Shown here piece after piece: positions 33,554 through 37,070 of a stretch of DNA of 37,070 nucleotides (its first letter is position 1; each line of letters begins with the position of its first letter). Location: assembly GCA_026025075.1 (NCBI GenBank), contig JAPEUI010000065.1, forward strand, positions 62,001 through 99,070, written 5' to 3'. Under the pieces are notes generated by a model. The model saw nothing but the letters and a program-made list of their open reading frames with translations. It ran no database searches and was not told the DNA's origin. The position numbers were made by a program, and so were the translations under genes. This stretch comes from Vezdaea acicularis. Its lineage: Eukaryota.

Positions 33554-34805
33554 ATGTCAACATGTGGAGTACATTCGAGACCCTATTCGTATACTAGGAT
33601 ACCTTCAAGGCCTCGTGGCATGTTCACATTTAGACCCAACTGGCGCCCACTCTTCATTTCTTCAAGCTATCCACCCTTAGCACAACAGCTTTGGACGAGA
33701 GTACTTGCGAAGGCCGGGTATACAGCAACCTGCCAGCTATCGATTCGGGGTTTTCACATGAGCAGCATGGCTGCAACTAAGATTAATGGCACAGCCATTG
33801 CTCAGGGAATTCGGAAGAAGCTTAATGAGCAAATCAAACTGGCGCAACAGAGTAACCCCCTCTACAAGCCGTCGCTAGTGATCGTGCAGGGTATATAGCT
33901 CCTCATTGATTCTGGTACGGACCTGTAAGCTAAGGCGTGATCTTAGTTGGTGATAGGTCTGATTCAAGTGTGTTCATCTTATATGGATCCAGAGATAGTA
34001 TCTAATGCAGATAGGTACATATATTCGCATGAAGTTGAAGGCGGCCGAAGAGGTGCGGACGAGCCAGTCTTTACACTACTATTTTGACGGCTGATCATTT
34101 AAGGCCAACATCATTTGCAAGATCGTGAACTACCCCGAATCTATTACCGAGGCGGAATTAATACAGTGTATAACCGAGCTCAACGACGATACAACTGTCC
34201 ACGGCATTCTCGTCCAACTGCCATTACCAGAACATATATCTGAACGCGCTATCACCTCCAGTATATCAGATGAGAAGGATGTTGACGGATTTAGTACTAC
34301 AAATCTCGGAGAGCTTGCCAAGCGAAGGGGGGATCCACTTTTCGTGCCATGTACACCGAAAGGTGTGATGGTTTTACTGAAGGAGGCCGGCGTCGAAATC
34401 AAAGGAAAGCACGCGGTCGTGCTGGGACGTAGCGATATCGTCGGAAGCCCTGTTAGCTATCTTCTGAGGAACGCAGATGCTACTGTAACAGTCTGCCACT
34501 CTTTTACGCAGAATGTGGAAAGGCACTTGAAGGATGCAGATATTGTCGTAGCCGCAATTGGGAGGCCGAACTTCGTCAAAGGGGAATGGCTGAAACCTGG
34601 TGCTGTGGTCATTGATGTTGGCATGAATTACATTCCAGACTCAACCAAAAAGTCGGGGCAAAGGGCTGTTGGAGACGTGGATTTCGAATCCGCCAAGGAC
34701 ATTGCGTCGCAAATTACCCCAGTACCTGGTGGTGTCGGACCGATGACTGTAGCAATGCTACTTCAAAATGTGGCGGAGGCTGCATCGAGGCATTTTGAAA
34801 AGTAG
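33554..34805 (+). CDS. Methylenetetrahydrofolate dehydrogenase/cyclohydrolase (D/C domain of the C1-THF synthase type, no synthetase domain); introns 33891-33946, 33968-34014, 34053-34103
   Basis: MAATKINGTAIAQGIR...PSLVIVQ|VGDRSDS|STYIRMKLKAAEE|ANI, then VHGILVQLPLP, KDVDGF, PCTPKG, GRSDIVG and ITPVPGGVGPMTVAMLL. Stop at 34803-34805. In-frame upstream ATGs at 33554 and 33620 add an Arg-rich extension. Confidence 0.92.
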
Positions 34806-35287
34806 GGCTTCGGGCTTTGGGGGTAGTCTCACATGTGCTACTGAGACGCAAAATGGTCTTATGTTTATCTGGTATCGCAGATTCTGGAGAGATTTATGGT
34901 GCCTTCACTCGATGTAGATGTGGGGCTTGGGTTGAGCGTTTTGTGAGTATTTTACATTTTTCCTTGATTTCCCGTAGCGATCGGGGCAAAAGGGCCACGA
35001 GTGCTGACGAGGCACTAGATATGCGCTTATGCTAATATACGTGTTATTCCGTGGCTGGCAATGGTCCCACTGTGGAGACCTGCTGGCATGAATTCCAGGA
35101 CGAGGGAGAATAATAGGGTGCTATGGAGGTAGCACCTTTGCCTTTAATGATGTCCTTGAGTCTTCCTGTATAGACCCTGTCAGATGTACACAAGGGTGGT
35201 AGATCGCTGCAGATAGACCATACAAGTGGGTGCTTTGCACGCACTCTTAACATAGCGATAAGACATGTTGCTCGCCGTGGCTTTCTC

Positions 35288-37059
35288 TCATATGTGAGCG
35301 CCCTCTAAACCTAGCCCATTTGCAATTTTCTTGATCAGGGCTTTCTTCAAGAACCTTTCTCTTGCCAACGTCCGTGTGTCCTGCCCAACCAACAGCAATT
35401 AATATTTGAACCGCTCTTTAGGCAGAGTTATGTGGTAGGGGTATGGCACTCACCCTCAAAAACAGATCTGAAGTGATTCTTCGTTTATCATGTGCTCTTG
35501 ATAGCACGAAAAGTGCATCATTAATAGCCCTTTCCTCCGCCACTAGTTCGTATAGCTGACCAGCTACAACTGTTGGGGCCACCAAAATCTCGTCGACACC
35601 CGGGACGGTCCGGGTCTTTGCGTCATCCATGACTTCCTCGGCTTTGCGCATGCTTTCCTTGAGGATCTTTTCGTTTGACGTTAAGGTTGATGATAGCGAT
35701 TTTAGAGCATCTTCCTCAGCCTGCAAGCGCGAGCTAGCAGCCTTGAGTGCCCCGTATTGCGCGCTTAATGAGGCAATGCTCGCTTCGGTGTGCGCAGCAC
35801 CTGCTTGACGTTTCTGATATAAAGCTACTCCAATTGATTGCAACAAGAAGTCCTTCTCCGGGTTTGGCGGGACAGGAGGGACAGGCACTTCAGCATTCGA
35901 AGGTAGCAGGGCCAGTAACTCCCCGGTAGATGTCAGAAGATCTGGAGCTGGCCGGGGCTGTTCCTTTGGGAGAGTTTGGGGCTCAGTCGTAGGGTATTGG
36001 CCCTGCTGCGGCGAGCGCGGAGACCATGATGTAGGCGCACCAAACTGAGCCTGCGGCTGTTGTGGTAAGTTCGGCGGCAGACCCGAAGCTGAAGAGCGCG
36101 GAACATTCTCTTGGTAAGCCAAGAATTGCTGTTGGACTTGTTGCTGAGCCGTGAGAGCTGGCTGCCGATCCCATGACTCGGTAGATACCCCTGGACTGGT
36201 AGGAATATAAGAGTCTGGGCCCCTATTGTCCTGTTGAGCTGTAGATAACACCTGCTGTGTTCCACCAAAGTCGGAGGCGGCGCCGTAACTCTGAGAATAG
36301 TAAGGTGGATGATGCTCTGATGTAAAGTTATTTTGAAACTGTGAAGTTGGGGTGGGTCTGCTGCTTTGTCTTCCAGGCGGAGGTGGAACTGGTGGAGGGC
36401 CTGTATGTTTATCGAAATTAATTTGTGAAGATGTGCGCGGTGACTCGAAAGGCTTGGGAGGAGGTAGTGGTGGAGGAATAAAGGTAGGTGCGGGTGCAAG
36501 TGGTGGTTGAACAGGCCGAGAAGACGAGAGACCAAGCTCTGCTGGTAACGGTGGTACAGGTGGAGGAGTGGAAGTGGGTTCTAGTCTGGCAGGTGCTTCT
36601 TGTTGTCTAGATCTGACTGGTGGCTCTTTGGCAAAAACGTCCCGTAAAATCGCTAGGAAATCGAGAATGGTCGATTTCTAGAACGAATCGGTCAGCATTG
36701 CTCTCTATTCAAGGACAAACCAGCAAAGGATCGAGACAATGTAATAATTCTGGAGTTTAAAGGAACCTTGAAAGGTTTAATGGGGGTTCTAGGCTGAAAA
36801 ATATAAACACATCTACTCACATCCCAGAACTCTGCCCAACCCGACAAGTATGGATGATATACTCTCCCCTCACCACTAACATGCTGGCCAGGTCTTATCA
36901 CCATATCTGACGTCGGTGTCACGTACACCATAGGCGCTTCTCTTGGATACCCATGGGGAACCCATAGTGATATTGGAAACCTATATGTTGCTCCTCGAAA
37001 CGTGACTGGTATAGTTCCCAGAATGTGAAGCAGCAGTGCTGAAGACCCATTTTCGTATG
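35288..37059 (-). CDS. VPS23: ESCRT-I subunit Vps23/Stp22/TSG101, 5' end outside the window; introns 36678-36820 and 35381-35453
   Basis: UEV domain YENGSSALLLHILGTIPVTFRGATYRFPISLWVPHGYPREAPMVYVTP...GRVYHPYL...DVFAKEPPV, a Pro-rich linker and a coiled coil. The steadiness box reads VDEILVAPTVVAGQLYELVAEERAINDALFVL...|DTRTLARERFLKKAL. Confidence 0.94.
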
Positions 37060-37070
37060 CTGAGTTCTGT

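Overview
Eukaryotic, intron-containing DNA from a filamentous ascomycete (Pezizomycotina), with short GT-AG introns of about 50-110 nt and CTRAC-like branch points. I built gene models by hand for 13 protein-coding genes: a partial conserved fungal hypothetical (runs off the left edge), HAS1 DEAD-box helicase, an FLC/TRP-like membrane channel, a signal-peptide-less aspartic protease, a 4-exon CCCH zinc-finger gene, an Inn1/Fic1-like C2 protein, a CFEM-like type I membrane protein, a 3-exon PMP3 proteolipid that the ORF track misses, RNA polymerase III largest subunit RPC1, a PMU1-like histidine phosphatase, eIF3i, a stand-alone methylene-THF dehydrogenase/cyclohydrolase, and a partial VPS23. 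This is mostly a housekeeping neighbourhood. The most unusual element is an indel-free array of 23 palindromic 19-bp units with higher-order periodicity, lying about 60 bp upstream of the CCCH gene. The eukaryotic C1-THF-synthase-type enzyme lacking its synthetase domain is also notable. I found no tRNA, rRNA, CRISPR array or intact transposon. Family assignments come from motif recognition by eye, not from database searches.
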